Assembly (NCBI GenBank): GCA_963665295.1
Contig: OY762209.1
Coordinates: forward strand, 2,272,001 to 2,336,000
Direction: 5' to 3'
From: Syntrophorhabdaceae bacterium
GTDB taxonomy: Bacteria > Desulfobacterota > Syntrophorhabdia > Syntrophorhabdales > Syntrophorhabdaceae
DNA length: 64,000 nt
Shown: positions 47,149-57,792 of the stretch, piece by piece
How positions within the stretch are numbered: position 1 is the first letter of the stretch
How the letters are laid out: every line of letters begins with the position of its first letter
Position numbers and translations under genes: made by a program
Notes under the pieces: generated by a model
Databases searched by the model: none
The model's input: only the letters and a program-made list of their open reading frames with translations
Told to the model about the DNA's origin: nothing

Positions 47149-47811
47149 ATGGAAAACAAAGACAAAGGAGCGCATGAGATGACGAGGGTGGTTTCCTCCG
47201 TAAGCGAAGGACCATTCGAAGAGATACATTATTATTGTGACAACAAGGAAGTAGCCGTCGAATTGTATGATAAGGACGGTGCTCTCGTACGGAAGTCAGG
47301 TATGATCCCCCAAGGCGTGGTGAGGGAGTTCTACGGGAACGGCGCCGTTAAAAAGGCAATCCATTACAAGGATGGCGATGCTCACGGCAAGGGCATTGAA
47401 TACTACCCCGAGGGTGAGGTATACGAGGAAAACACCTTCAGACGGGGGGTGCTGCACGGTTCTGCGAAGACATATCGCCGCGATGGCTTGCTCTGGATGG
47501 AGTCGGACTACAGGAATGGCAGACTCCATGGGGCATTTACAAGCTATCATGATAACGGGAATATCGAGACAAGGGCAGAGTACCGGAATGGAAAACTGCA
47601 CGGATCCTGCACAACCTACGACAGATATGGCGGTTTGGTGGATGAAGGGCTATACAACCGGGGCAGGAAACAGGGTAACCACAGGTCCTACTATGAAACG
47701 GGACACCTCGCCCGTATCGAGATATACGAAAAAGGGAAGCTCGTCTCTTGTGAAGAATTTGATGAGGACGGCAGGCCGATAATTGCGACGAAGCCCGGAA
47801 GGAAGCCCTAA
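47149..47811 (+). CDS. MORN-variant repeat protein (YwqK-like)
   Basis: Repeats of Y.NG.LHG....Y..NG. Start uncertain (47149 or 47179). Confidence 0.8.
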   Translation: MENKDKGAHEMTRVVSSVSEGPFEEIHYYCDNKEVAVELYDKDGALVRKSGMIPQGVVREFYGNGAVKKAIHYKDGDAHGKGIEYYPEGEVYEENTFRRGVLHGSAKTYRRDGLLWMESDYRNGRLHGAFTSYHDNGNIETRAEYRNGKLHGSCTTYDRYGGLVDEGLYNRGRKQGNHRSYYETGHLARIEIYEKGKLVSCEEFDEDGRPIIATKPGRKP

Positions 47812-48027
47812 GAAACCTTGCGGTGGAATTATGAAAAGAAGGAAATCCATATAGCACAGAATGATCGTCTCATGGGGAGGTATAGCGGGTCAGGCCCTGT
47901 TATCCGGATCAAACGGTCGTGTGCTGACAGTTCCGGGAAACAATAATACGGAATCTTCCCCTGGCGCCCTTGTATAGTACGGGCATCGATTATATAATCT
48001 CACATCTTAGTGACACAGGAGGCCTGT

Positions 48028-48645
48028 ATGTTCGCTATCGCGATAAACGGAAGTCCCCGCAAGGGAGGGAACACGGAAATCCTCTTAAAGGAGGTGCTGG
48101 GTCAGCTCAGCGAGGCCGGGTGGGAAACCGAGCTGGTGAAAGTCGGGGGTACAAGCATCCGAGGATGCATTGCGTGCAATATGTGCATGAAAAACAAGAA
48201 CCGTCTATGCGCGCAAAGTAAGGATAAGTTCAATGAGATCTTTGCGAAAATGGCGAAAGCCGATGCGATTATCTGCGGCTCACCCACATATTTTGCAGCC
48301 GTTTCCGCAGACCTGAAGGCATTGCTTGAACGGGCGGGTTTTGTAGCCCTGGCGAACGGAAACGTCTTCGCGGGAAAGATAGGAGCTGCGGCCGTCGCTG
48401 TTCGGCGGGGTGGCGCCACCCATGCATTCGATACCATCAATCACATGTTCCAGATGTCGCGCATGATCATTCCGGGTTCCACGTATTGGAACATGGGCTT
48501 TGGTCTGGATAAGGGAGATGTCGGTGCCGACGAAGAAGGACTCAACAACATGCGCCACCTTGGGAAGACGATAGACTGGCTTGGCAAAGCGATTCAATCC
48601 AGCATTGCCCTTTATCCGGAATCCCCGTTTATCTCAAGCGAATAA
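48028..48645 (+). CDS. Iron-sulfur flavoprotein / multimeric flavodoxin family
   Basis: INGSPRKGGNT, GCIACNMC...C, GSPTYF, RRGGA. Confidence 0.9.
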   Translation: MFAIAINGSPRKGGNTEILLKEVLGQLSEAGWETELVKVGGTSIRGCIACNMCMKNKNRLCAQSKDKFNEIFAKMAKADAIICGSPTYFAAVSADLKALLERAGFVALANGNVFAGKIGAAAVAVRRGGATHAFDTINHMFQMSRMIIPGSTYWNMGFGLDKGDVGADEEGLNNMRHLGKTIDWLGKAIQSSIALYPESPFISSE

Positions 48646-48765
48646 TCTCCCGGGTACCTCAGCCGGGATTTCATGACCGGTACGGAACCCGGCTTCTATA
48701 GGGAACCGGGCCGGAACAGAAAAGAAACCTTTTTATCGGGGGACAGGGCGGCAACGTTGATGGGG

Positions 48766-50670
48766 TCAGCAAGGTAGGGACACTCGAAGGGTAAGCTCTC
48801 CGGGTTGATCGAGGCTCACTTCGATTGTGCCGCCAAGCTTATCCACGAGGGTCTTGGATAACGGAAGATCGACTATTTCCGACATCATCCTGCTCCACGT
48901 GAAAGGGTAAAAGAAATGTTCCACATCGTCGGGCGACATGGATGTAACGGGATACCGGATGATGAGGCCGAAGTTCCGCCCTTTGCGAGAGCTGGAAACC
49001 GTCAGTGTGCCTCCCTCCGGCATCTGGCTGAGGGCATTCTTCACCAGTACCTCGAGGGCGCGCTCCATCCGTGGCCGGTCGATGCAAATCTGCGGTATGC
49101 CGGGAGATAGTTGGAGATCCACGTGCATCTTCCGGTCCCGTATGCGGCTGTCCAGGCCCTTGAGCACAGTGGTAACCAGACTATTGGGATCCACCAGCGA
49201 CATGTTGAGGTCAAGGGGCTGGATGTAGCTCAGCATCATCCGGAGAATCGTCTCCATCCTGTCCACTTCTTTCACAATGATCTCCACCCTGGTTCTGTTG
49301 GGGTCATCGGGGCCCATGGAGGAAAAGATGCGGCGGGCGAACCCGCCTACCGACACGAGAGGGTTTCTGATTTCGTGGGCAAGGCGCGCCGACACCTCGC
49401 CGATAGTCTTGATCTCTTCGGCCCGTACGAGTTTCTCCTGGAGTTTTACCGTGTCTGTGACATCCATGATAAAGCCGTCTACGCTACCGACAAGACCGTT
49501 AGCCGAACGGACGGGGATGGCGTGTTCCATCACGTAAGTGATATAGCCGTCCTTACGCGTGACCCGGTACTCGGCGATGAACTCTTTGCCCTCCTGAAGG
49601 CTCTTCCTTCTCAGCTCCTCGACCCGCGGTCGGTCCTCCTGATAGACTTTTTCATACCATAGGTCGGGTGGGCCGAGGATTTCCCCACTTTGGAAACCGA
49701 ACATGTCCTCCACGACACGGTTCACGAATATTGTCTCTCCTGTCGGTCCCATCCGGTAGACCACAATGGGAACGTTTTCCACGAGAGTCCGGTACTTCTC
49801 TTCGGAGTTCAGAAGGTCGGCGGTGCGTTCCTCGAGGTGGGCTACCGCCTGTTTGTAATCCGTGACATCCCGGGCATAGATGGCAATCTGTGCGACCTCG
49901 CCCCGGGCATCCAGAATGGGGTAGAGATTATGGTCATAGGTCCTTCCCTGCTGTTCATCTTCAAAACGAACGGGCATCTTTGACTCGATCACCTGCCGCG
50001 CCCGCATCGTTCTCGACTGAGCCGTCCGGGCCGACATGAGATCGAAAATGCTTGTTCCCACGAGTTCATCGACGCTTTTGTGAAAGCGTGCTGCCGCCAC
50101 CGTGTTGGCGGCAAGGACCATGCCCCGCAGATCGTGAAGCAGGAACGTATCGGTAGGCGCGTTGAGGAGAGCGCGGGCGGTGTTTTCACTTTTGCTGAAC
50201 GCCTGCTCGGCGAGCTTGCGATCAGTTATGTCGCGGCCCTCGAAGATGAGGAAGACCACTTTTCCCGTCCCGTCTTTTACAGGCTTGAGAGAGAAGCCGA
50301 TGTACCTGGAAGTACCGTCAGGTCCTGCATGGGTGATTTCAAAATGGACAATCCCGCCATCCCCCGCGGTCTTTACCGCCTCGTGGAGTTGTTCCCGGAG
50401 TTCTTTCGAACGAGCCCAAAAGGGCGTCTCCCAACAGGGTTTGCCGAAAACATCCGATTCATCCATGCCCATGAATGCGAGGGCGGTCCTGTTGATCTCA
50501 AGACCCGTTCCGTCGGGCATCATGAGGCCGATAAGCTGATCCGAGTGATCGAACATGGCGCGGTATCTCGATTCCTTCTCCTTCATCTCCTCCTCGATCC
50601 GCAGGCGCTCCATTCCTTCTTTCTCCGGACCTTTGATCCCATGCTTCAATCCTTTGCGGGTTCGAGCCAT
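48766..50670 (-). CDS. Triple-PAS sensor histidine-kinase-like protein with degenerate HATPase domain
   Basis: Three PAS/PAC units, H-box LAHEIRNPL and N-box VKNA are present. G1/G2 glycine boxes are absent. Confidence 0.85.
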   Translation of the reverse strand: MARTRKGLKHGIKGPEKEGMERLRIEEEMKEKESRYRAMFDHSDQLIGLMMPDGTGLEINRTALAFMGMDESDVFGKPCWETPFWARSKELREQLHEAVKTAGDGGIVHFEITHAGPDGTSRYIGFSLKPVKDGTGKVVFLIFEGRDITDRKLAEQAFSKSENTARALLNAPTDTFLLHDLRGMVLAANTVAAARFHKSVDELVGTSIFDLMSARTAQSRTMRARQVIESKMPVRFEDEQQGRTYDHNLYPILDARGEVAQIAIYARDVTDYKQAVAHLEERTADLLNSEEKYRTLVENVPIVVYRMGPTGETIFVNRVVEDMFGFQSGEILGPPDLWYEKVYQEDRPRVEELRRKSLQEGKEFIAEYRVTRKDGYITYVMEHAIPVRSANGLVGSVDGFIMDVTDTVKLQEKLVRAEEIKTIGEVSARLAHEIRNPLVSVGGFARRIFSSMGPDDPNRTRVEIIVKEVDRMETILRMMLSYIQPLDLNMSLVDPNSLVTTVLKGLDSRIRDRKMHVDLQLSPGIPQICIDRPRMERALEVLVKNALSQMPEGGTLTVSSSRKGRNFGLIIRYPVTSMSPDDVEHFFYPFTWSRMMSEIVDLPLSKTLVDKLGGTIEVSLDQPGELTLRVSLPC

Positions 50671-50921
50671 CAGTGTTCCCCCAAGGTCCCGGCATGCCGG
50701 GTATATTCCCTTTTATATCCTATTCTACACCAGAATCGTTCCCTTTGCATGGTGGGGGATATTTTGCTCCTCGTGGACCCGCGCCCGCGTATCCGGATAA
50801 TTATCGCTGATATGGGGTTTGTCTTTCTTCGAGCCTGCCCACCGGGACTTCAGTAATACTTGTGTTCAAAAAGATGCTGCCGGCCCGGCCTTGCGAATCG
50901 CCTCATGGGCCTTTGTTTTTG

Positions 50922-52883
50922 TTAGAGATAAAGCGGGTCGGCTTCTATTCGGAGGTCACGGATTTCGTAGAGTTTGAGAAGGGTCTCATAGAGCGGCTCA
51001 CCGGCGCCTTTGAGGATCATTCTCCATTGGTAGTGCTCCTTTTTCTGGAAGAGGGGGCCCGTGATACCGCCGCTCAGGCCCTCTTTATGGAGGAACTCCC
51101 TTATCTTGTCAACGGCTTTCAGGCCCGTCGCCTCTGTTTTCTTTTCCACTTCGATGAGAAAGAACCTCGTGAAAGGAGGGAATTCGGCGATCTTTCTCCG
51201 GGCCATCTCGTCCCCGCAGAATCCCGCCACATCGAGGAACAATGCGGGGTTGACCTTCTTCTTCCGTTCCATGCAGAAGTGCAGTTCTTCGGGGTTCAAG
51301 GTGTCGAGGAGGTGCATGAGAAGGTGGAACATCTTTTCGTGGGCCCTGTACCCGCTTATCCTTGCAAGTTCCTCCCAGCCCGTGAGGATAAGGCTCGCCA
51401 CGCCGATGCCATAGATGTTCGAGAGGGCCTGGGTGCCGACGATGACGAGGGGCGCGCCGGTCGGGACCTTTATGAGGGCCTCTATCTCCTTCCGTGGTGT
51501 GTCCCCGGTAACCCTTACGACAGGGACATGGGGAAAGAGTAACCGGACCTGCTCTTCGAGGTATTCGGCGCCCGCCCGGGAAAAACGGATGAGCTCGCTT
51601 CCGCATGCAGGGCATTTCTCCTCATAAGGCGCTTTTCTGCCGCATCCCGCGCAGATGAGGGTATCGGTGGACTTCTGATAGCTGAGTATCCCTCCGCACA
51701 GGGGGCAGGAAAAGGCGGTCTTGCATTCGAGGCACTCGATGTAGCTGCCGTAATCCTTCCGGGGGGTGTAGATGGCGATCCGTTCATTTCGCTCTATGGG
51801 CTGTTTCATGATTTCGATCAACTCGTCGGGAAGGCCGTGGTAGGAGGTGATGCCCTTCGCGAGGATCGTCTCGGAGTAATCCCGTGGCCCGGGAGCGGGC
51901 CCGCTCACGATGTTGAAGGTCCCGTCCTCCACCTCCTTCATAACTTCCATGGAGGGGGACGGGCTCCCGAGAACCGCGGGCACGCCCTCTATGGTGGCCC
52001 TGTGTGCAGCCACGGCAGCGGCATTGAAACTGAAATCCTTTTCGTTCCGGTAGTGGTCCTCCTCGTGCCTTTCCACTATGACGAGGCCCAGGTCTTTCAC
52101 GGGCAGAAAAACGGCGCTTTTGGTGCCGAGGAGCAGGTTGGCGCCCCCGTTCCTCAGCGTGAAGTATGTTTCCATCCGGGATTTTGCCTTTACCGCGGCG
52201 CCGTACCAGAACACTTGTCCGGGAAACCGTTGGAGAAAGGCGCGGGAGAAATAACTGCCCGTGCGGTAATAATCGGGGAGGAGCATGAGGACGTTCCTGC
52301 CACGGGCCAGTTGGTCCGATATGAGGGAGACATAATAGGCGAGACGGTCATCTATGCCGCCGATATAAAGCCTGTTATCCGTTTCGCCGCCGGTCGGACC
52401 TTCATCGGGCGAGGGCATGAAAGGGTGCTCTCCGAAGACATCGTGTACCGGGAGGAGGCCCGAATGGTATCGCTCAAAGAGTCCGTCCCTCCCTAAAGAG
52501 GCGATGGCCTTTTTCATGGGGACGCCGGGAAGGCCAAGCCCCTCATCCTCCATCCTGACGGTCAGGTATCTTTCGATATCTTTGTGCGGGGGAAGGGCGT
52601 ACTTCAGGACCAGGCCCATGGGCGTCACATAGTAGCGGGATGCCCAGCCTGTCAATTCCCGGAGGGTGTTTCCCACCAGGGGAAAGAGGTCGGCTACCTC
52701 CCGGATATCCTTGAGCCCTGCTTTGTCGCCCTCCCTGATATCCGTTACCACGCCGGTAAGGACCCTCATGCGGAAGGGCACGACGACCCGTGAGAAGGGC
52801 CTCACATAGGGATGCCATTTGGTGGGCACTGAATAGGAGAAGTTTTTTGCTACGGGTATCGGCAGCGCGACATCGACGATCAT
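50922..52883 (-). CDS. priA: Primosomal protein N' (PriA), helicase motifs degenerate
   Basis: VDVALP...FSY...RVVVPF 3'-DNA-binding domain, four CxxC, GAEYLEE, VGTQ, FPPF. Confidence 0.85.
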   Translation of the reverse strand: MIVDVALPIPVAKNFSYSVPTKWHPYVRPFSRVVVPFRMRVLTGVVTDIREGDKAGLKDIREVADLFPLVGNTLRELTGWASRYYVTPMGLVLKYALPPHKDIERYLTVRMEDEGLGLPGVPMKKAIASLGRDGLFERYHSGLLPVHDVFGEHPFMPSPDEGPTGGETDNRLYIGGIDDRLAYYVSLISDQLARGRNVLMLLPDYYRTGSYFSRAFLQRFPGQVFWYGAAVKAKSRMETYFTLRNGGANLLLGTKSAVFLPVKDLGLVIVERHEEDHYRNEKDFSFNAAAVAAHRATIEGVPAVLGSPSPSMEVMKEVEDGTFNIVSGPAPGPRDYSETILAKGITSYHGLPDELIEIMKQPIERNERIAIYTPRKDYGSYIECLECKTAFSCPLCGGILSYQKSTDTLICAGCGRKAPYEEKCPACGSELIRFSRAGAEYLEEQVRLLFPHVPVVRVTGDTPRKEIEALIKVPTGAPLVIVGTQALSNIYGIGVASLILTGWEELARISGYRAHEKMFHLLMHLLDTLNPEELHFCMERKKKVNPALFLDVAGFCGDEMARRKIAEFPPFTRFFLIEVEKKTEATGLKAVDKIREFLHKEGLSGGITGPLFQKKEHYQWRMILKGAGEPLYETLLKLYEIRDLRIEADPLYL

Positions 52884-53704
52884 GAAGAGAGGAGAAACTC
52901 TTTGAAGTCGAGACTCTTGAGGAACTTTATGCGCGTGATCTCTTCCCCGAGAAACCGGCTGCCTATCTCCTTGAATGTATCGGGCGAGTCCGTGACGAAA
53001 TACTCGGAGCCTCCCCGGCCTGAATCGTTGATAATTCCCCTTGCTTCGAGGGTCTTTTTCACGTCCTTCGCGGTTTCTTTACCCGTGTTGACCACGGTGA
53101 CGTTCTTGCCCATCACTTTCGTGATCGCCCCTTCGAGAATGGGGTAATGGGTGCAGCCCATAACCAGGGTGTCGATGCCCGATTTCTTTATGTCCAGGAG
53201 ATATCTTTTCGATATGAGTTCCGCGATCCTGTCATTTTCGAGGCCTTCTTCTGCTATGGGCACAAACAGGGGGCATGGTGCGGACAGGACCGAGACCTGG
53301 GGGTCGTATTTCGTAATCGCCTTTTCATAGGCGCCGCTCCTCACCGTGGCCTTGGTGCCGATAACACCCACCTTTTTTGTCTTCGTGGTGCGCACCGCTT
53401 CCCGCGCTCCGGGGTCGATTACCCCGAGGACCGGAATGGGAAGCTTCTTCTTCAGGATGGGCAGCGCAAGGGCCGACGAGGTGTTGCACGCGATGACGAG
53501 TATCTTTACCCCCTTCGTGAGCATGAAGATGGCGCTTTCGAGGGCGTATCTGGTAACGGTATGGGGGGACTTGTTGCCGTAGGGAAGACGGGCCGTATCG
53601 CCCAGGTATATAATGTCTTCGTCGGGAAGGAGTCTCCTCACTTCCTTGAGGACCGTGAGGCCGCCTATACCCGAATCGAACATACCGATGGAGAGGTTTT
53701 TCAT
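52880..53704 (-). CDS. murI: Glutamate racemase
   Basis: FDSGIGGLTV, PYGNK, IACNT, MGCTHYP. Confidence 0.96.
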   Translation of the reverse strand: MKNLSIGMFDSGIGGLTVLKEVRRLLPDEDIIYLGDTARLPYGNKSPHTVTRYALESAIFMLTKGVKILVIACNTSSALALPILKKKLPIPVLGVIDPGAREAVRTTKTKKVGVIGTKATVRSGAYEKAITKYDPQVSVLSAPCPLFVPIAEEGLENDRIAELISKRYLLDIKKSGIDTLVMGCTHYPILEGAITKVMGKNVTVVNTGKETAKDVKKTLEARGIINDSGRGGSEYFVTDSPDTFKEIGSRFLGEEITRIKFLKSLDFKEFLLSS

Positions 53705-53710
53705 GGACAA

Positions 53711-53739
53711 AGGTTATTGTACATGGGGGCAAAAGTCAA
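53711..53739 (-). promoter_or_regulatory. Sigma70-type promoter of murI-priA (probably leaderless)
   Basis: Minus strand TTGACT-N17-TAACCT-N6-ATG, no SD. Confidence 0.55.
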
Positions 53740-53842
53740 GCGAATCCGGCCCCGTTCCCCCTTTCCGTCAAGACCGGGAAGAGGGAACGGGCCATAGGGG
53801 TTCCGGGGCACGCCCCGGGACCGTGGCGCGGGCGGGGCGGCC

Positions 53843-54820
53843 CTATTTCAGGAGGCCCAGGCTCCCGCGCACCTCATCCATGGTCTCCCGGGCGATGACG
53901 CGGCACTCCTCGGCGCCCTTCTTCAGAACATCCATCACGTAATCCGTGTCCGCAGTGAGACGGGCGGCCTTTTCCTGTATGGGGGCGAATTCCGCCCACA
54001 TGTTCTTGAAGAGCATCTTCTTGCAGTCGATGCACCCTATGGAGGCGGTGCGGCAGCCCTTTTCCACTTCCATGCGCACATCTTCGCCTGAAAAGGCGCG
54101 GTGTATGGTGTATATGTTGCAGATATCCGGATTGCCCGTATCCTTTCGCCTCACCCTGTTTACGTCCGTTACCGCGGTGCGGAGTTTTTCCCACATGGCC
54201 GCTTCGTCTTCGAGGATGGCGATGTAATTTCCCATGGTCTTCGACATCTTTCCCGCGCCGTCTACGCCGAGAATCCTCGGCGCCATGGAGAGTATGACCT
54301 GGGGTTCGGGAAAGAGGACGCCGAACCTGTTGTTGAATTTCCGGGCCACTTCCCTGCACAATTCCACATGCTGCACCTGGTCCTCACCCACGGGAACGAA
54401 TCCGGCTTTGTAAAGGAGGATGTCGGCGGCCTGCAGGACGGGGTAATCCATGAGTCCTATGTTGATGTTGGCTTTGTGCTGTTTTGACTTGTCCTTGAAC
54501 TGGGTCATTCTTTCAAGGTCTCCGATGGGCGTGACGCAGTTGAATATCCACGCGAGTTCCGTGTGCTCCCGCACGTGGGACTGGACGAATATCTTACATT
54601 TCTCGGGCGACAGGCCGCAGGCGAGAAGGACGACCGCGGTTTCGAGGGTTCTCTTCTTCATCTCCTCGATGGGGTATTCGACCGTGATGGCGTGGTAGTC
54701 GACTGCGCAGAAAACGCAGTCGTATGTCTCGGTGAGGGTTACCCATTGTCTTATGGCGCCCACGTAGTTGCCTATGTGTATGTCGCCTGTAGGCTGTATG
54801 CCGCTAAAAATTCTCTGCAT
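53843..54820 (-). CDS. trpS: Tryptophan--tRNA ligase
   Basis: SGIQPTG..HIGN, YPVLQAADIL, VPVGEDQ, KMSKT. Confidence 0.96.
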   Translation of the reverse strand: MQRIFSGIQPTGDIHIGNYVGAIRQWVTLTETYDCVFCAVDYHAITVEYPIEEMKKRTLETAVVLLACGLSPEKCKIFVQSHVREHTELAWIFNCVTPIGDLERMTQFKDKSKQHKANINIGLMDYPVLQAADILLYKAGFVPVGEDQVQHVELCREVARKFNNRFGVLFPEPQVILSMAPRILGVDGAGKMSKTMGNYIAILEDEAAMWEKLRTAVTDVNRVRRKDTGNPDICNIYTIHRAFSGEDVRMEVEKGCRTASIGCIDCKKMLFKNMWAEFAPIQEKAARLTADTDYVMDVLKKGAEECRVIARETMDEVRGSLGLLK

Positions 54821-54984
54821 TATATCCTCCACTCCGGTGATGGTGTAATCTACACCGAAAAGACACATTAAATCAATAGAACGACGCGCCTTTTGTATCC
54901 CGTGCGGCGTTTATTCCTCTCTGATTTCAATAGGGGGCCCCTTGAAAACCCCATGGAAAATGTGTTATTTTACATACAATTTGC

Positions 54985-55013
54985 TTGACAATCAGTGGTT
55001 GGAATAATATAGT
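54985..55013 (+). promoter_or_regulatory. Sigma70-type promoter of the GntR gene
   Basis: TTGACA-N17-TATAGT. Confidence 0.7.
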
Positions 55014-55042
55014 AAATCGTGTATTTACACGAAGAGGAGATT

Positions 55043-55741
55043 ATGGATTATCAGGGTGACAAAGATTTATTGAAAAAGGACAAGTTCTTGAGGGAACAGG
55101 TTTACAAGCGCCTGAAAGACAACGTCCTGGATGGGCACTGGCAGCCGAACACGCGTCTTGTCGAGGAAAAACTTGCGGCGGACATGGGGACAAGCAGGAC
55201 GCCTGTGAGAGAGGCTATTCAGAAACTCGAAAAAGAGGGTTTGATCCGGAAGCTTCCCAAGGGCGGTTTCGCAGTCGGGGCAGTCACATCAGAGGAAGTG
55301 GAAGAGGTTTTCGGCATCCGTGGCGTGGTCGAAACGTACGCCGCGTTTCTTGCGGCCTCGAGGGCGACGGACCAGGATATAAGCGCCCTGGAGGAGATCG
55401 TCAAGCAGGAGGAAGCGTGCCTGAAAACAGGGGATGTGGACGAGCTTGTCAGGCTGAACACTCTTTTCCACGATACACTTTACAGGACTGCCAGGAGTGA
55501 AAAGCTCCTTGCCGTCATCAACGAGTTGAGGGATTTCATCCATCGTTACAGGGTCATTTGCTTTACCAACGAAAAGATGGCCGAAACAGCCGTTTTCGAC
55601 CACAAGTCGATGATAGCGGCCATGAAGGCGGATAATCCCCGGCAGGTACAGAAGACGGTGCAGAAATTTTTCGTGAGGGCAAAAGCCTTTATAAAGAAAA
55701 GGATCAGACAGCGGCCAAAGAGAAGGACTGCCAAAGTATAA
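55043..55741 (+). CDS. GntR-family (FCD) transcriptional regulator
   Basis: SRTPVREA wHTH, FCD domain N..FH. GAGGAG SD. Confidence 0.92.
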   Translation: MDYQGDKDLLKKDKFLREQVYKRLKDNVLDGHWQPNTRLVEEKLAADMGTSRTPVREAIQKLEKEGLIRKLPKGGFAVGAVTSEEVEEVFGIRGVVETYAAFLAASRATDQDISALEEIVKQEEACLKTGDVDELVRLNTLFHDTLYRTARSEKLLAVINELRDFIHRYRVICFTNEKMAETAVFDHKSMIAAMKADNPRQVQKTVQKFFVRAKAFIKKRIRQRPKRRTAKV

Positions 55742-55781
55742 CGCTTCCTATGGTATTATTGCCTTTCCCGCGCCCGGCGCT

Positions 55782-56711
55782 TCAGCGCCCCTCTATGCGC
55801 TGACAGGAGACTTCGCCCGCCCTTCCCTCAACGTGACCGTAGACGATCTCCGAGGAGGGTGTTTCGTGCCTGCTCCTTAATTCGGTGGCGATATCGATGA
55901 GAGGGGAGTATGTATAGCCCTGTTCCAGGGTCTTTTGGATAAAAGACTCGAGGAAGCCCGTCCAATGCTTCCCTTCAAGCTCCGTGTGGACCGTGAGAAT
56001 ATTGAGCCCTCCCGTAAGGAGAGAGAAGAAATAATCCCGTAAAGCTGTCTGGTCCGTCCCTGCTATGCCCACTGTCTCGTCCAGGGTGGGGAGGGTGCTC
56101 GGGACCTGGAGGGTCTTGAATCTTTCGCCTGCCAGCACAGGAAGGAAAGGGTAGAAACCCCGGGTGTCGCTCGTATATACGAGCCCTTTTGCGTCGAAAT
56201 AGCGGATTGCGTGGGTGTTGATCATCCACCCCGGAGCCGCGAAGGACAGGGGGGACTTCCCGAGAGCTTCTTTGTACGCGGTGAACGCCCGGTCAAGCTC
56301 CTTTTCCGTCCGTTCCCTGCCTAAGTGCTTGATGTGGTCGTGCCAGTAAACGTGGTCAAGGCCATGGATACCCGCCTCGTGACCTTCCGCCGTTATACGC
56401 TCAAGGATGGAGCGATTCTTCGGGCCTATCTCGGGGCCCGGCAGGATGAGGCCGTACATGAGGGTCTTTATGCCGTAGGTGCTGAGCACCCCCACCCTTC
56501 CGGCCTTCTTGAGGAATCCTTTTCTGGTGAATACCCTCTTTACGGTCCGTCCCGTATGGTCCTTGCCCATGGGCACGAAAAAGCTTGCCCTTACGCCGTA
56601 TTTCTTGAAGAGGGCAAGGAGGACGGGGACGCCCTTCTTCATGCCCTGGTCCGTGTCTACGTCTACCTTGACCCCGATTACCTTATTCCATGTCGCCTTA
56701 TTCATTTGCAT
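55782..56711 (-). CDS. arnD: ArnD-like polysaccharide deacetylase / deformylase
   Basis: KVDVDT, GHEAGIHGLDH..W, AAPGW, LPTLDE, TVHTELEG. Sits in the arn operon context. Confidence 0.85.
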   Translation of the reverse strand: MQMNKATWNKVIGVKVDVDTDQGMKKGVPVLLALFKKYGVRASFFVPMGKDHTGRTVKRVFTRKGFLKKAGRVGVLSTYGIKTLMYGLILPGPEIGPKNRSILERITAEGHEAGIHGLDHVYWHDHIKHLGRERTEKELDRAFTAYKEALGKSPLSFAAPGWMINTHAIRYFDAKGLVYTSDTRGFYPFLPVLAGERFKTLQVPSTLPTLDETVGIAGTDQTALRDYFFSLLTGGLNILTVHTELEGKHWTGFLESFIQKTLEQGYTYSPLIDIATELRSRHETPSSEIVYGHVEGRAGEVSCQRIEGR

Positions 56712-56751
56712 ATTCTCTCGCCCTTTAAGAAGGCGGCATGTCCCTGCGGCC

Positions 56752-57789
56752 CTAACAACTTACCTTCAGGTTCGATTCGAGGTAATATTCAAGGGTCTTC
56801 CTGAGGGCCGTATCGAGATCGACCTTCGGCTCCCAGCCGATCACTTCCTTCGCCTTCTTTATGGACGGAACCCTGCGGTCGATATCCTGGTAACCTTCGC
56901 CGTAAAACTCTTTGGAATAGACCTCCACGATATCGGAATACTTCTTGTAATCACGGGTGCCCGGGTGGGCCATGAAAAGGGCCTTCAGCTTCTCGGCGAG
57001 TTCCTTTACCGTGGCTTCGTTCGACGGGTTGCCTATGTTGAATATCTGGCCGTCGCACAAACCGTCCCGGTTCTCGATGATCTTGAGGAGGCAATCAAGG
57101 CCGTCATCGATATAGGTGAAGCATCTTTTCTGCAGACCGCCATCCACGAGCCTCAACGGCTCCCCCAGGAGGAGGCTGCTGATAAACTGGGTCACGACTC
57201 TCGAACTGCCCTCTTTTTCCGTGTCGGTTATGAGTTCGTCGAGCTTCGGGCCTATCCAGTTGAAAGGTCTGAAAAGGGTGAATCTCAGGCCCCGCTGAAA
57301 ACCGTACGCCCAGATGACCCTGTCGAGAAGCTGCTTGGAGGAACTGTAGATCCACCGGTTCATCCTGATGGGACCTGTGACGAGGGGGCTTTCATCTTCG
57401 TCGAACTCGCCGTCGGGGCACATGCCGTACACTTCGGACGTGGAGGGGAAAAGGAGCTTTTTGTCGTATTTCAGGCAGAGCCTCACGATCTTCAGGTTCT
57501 GCTCGAAGTCGAGTTCAAAGACCTTGAGGGGTTCCTTCACGTAGGTCGCGGGGGTCGCGATCGCGACGAGGGGCATGACCACGTCACACTTCTTCACATT
57601 GTATTCTATCCACTCCCTGTTGATCGATATATCGCCCTCGACGAAGTGAAACCTGTCATTTCCGAGACAGGTATCGAGCTTGTCGTTTCTGATGTCCATG
57701 CCGTAAATCTCCCAGTCCGTCTCGCTCAAAATGCGCGCGGTGAGGCTGTTCCCGATGAATCCGTTTACCCCGAGTATCAATATTCTCAA
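56752..57789 (-). CDS. UDP-glucuronic acid dehydrogenase/decarboxylase (stand-alone ArnA C-terminal domain)
   Basis: [54 protein letters not shown]. Confidence 0.92.
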   Translation of the reverse strand: MRILILGVNGFIGNSLTARILSETDWEIYGMDIRNDKLDTCLGNDRFHFVEGDISINREWIEYNVKKCDVVMPLVAIATPATYVKEPLKVFELDFEQNLKIVRLCLKYDKKLLFPSTSEVYGMCPDGEFDEDESPLVTGPIRMNRWIYSSSKQLLDRVIWAYGFQRGLRFTLFRPFNWIGPKLDELITDTEKEGSSRVVTQFISSLLLGEPLRLVDGGLQKRCFTYIDDGLDCLLKIIENRDGLCDGQIFNIGNPSNEATVKELAEKLKALFMAHPGTRDYKKYSDIVEVYSKEFYGEGYQDIDRRVPSIKKAKEVIGWEPKVDLDTALRKTLEYYLESNLKVSC

Positions 57790-57792
57790 GTG

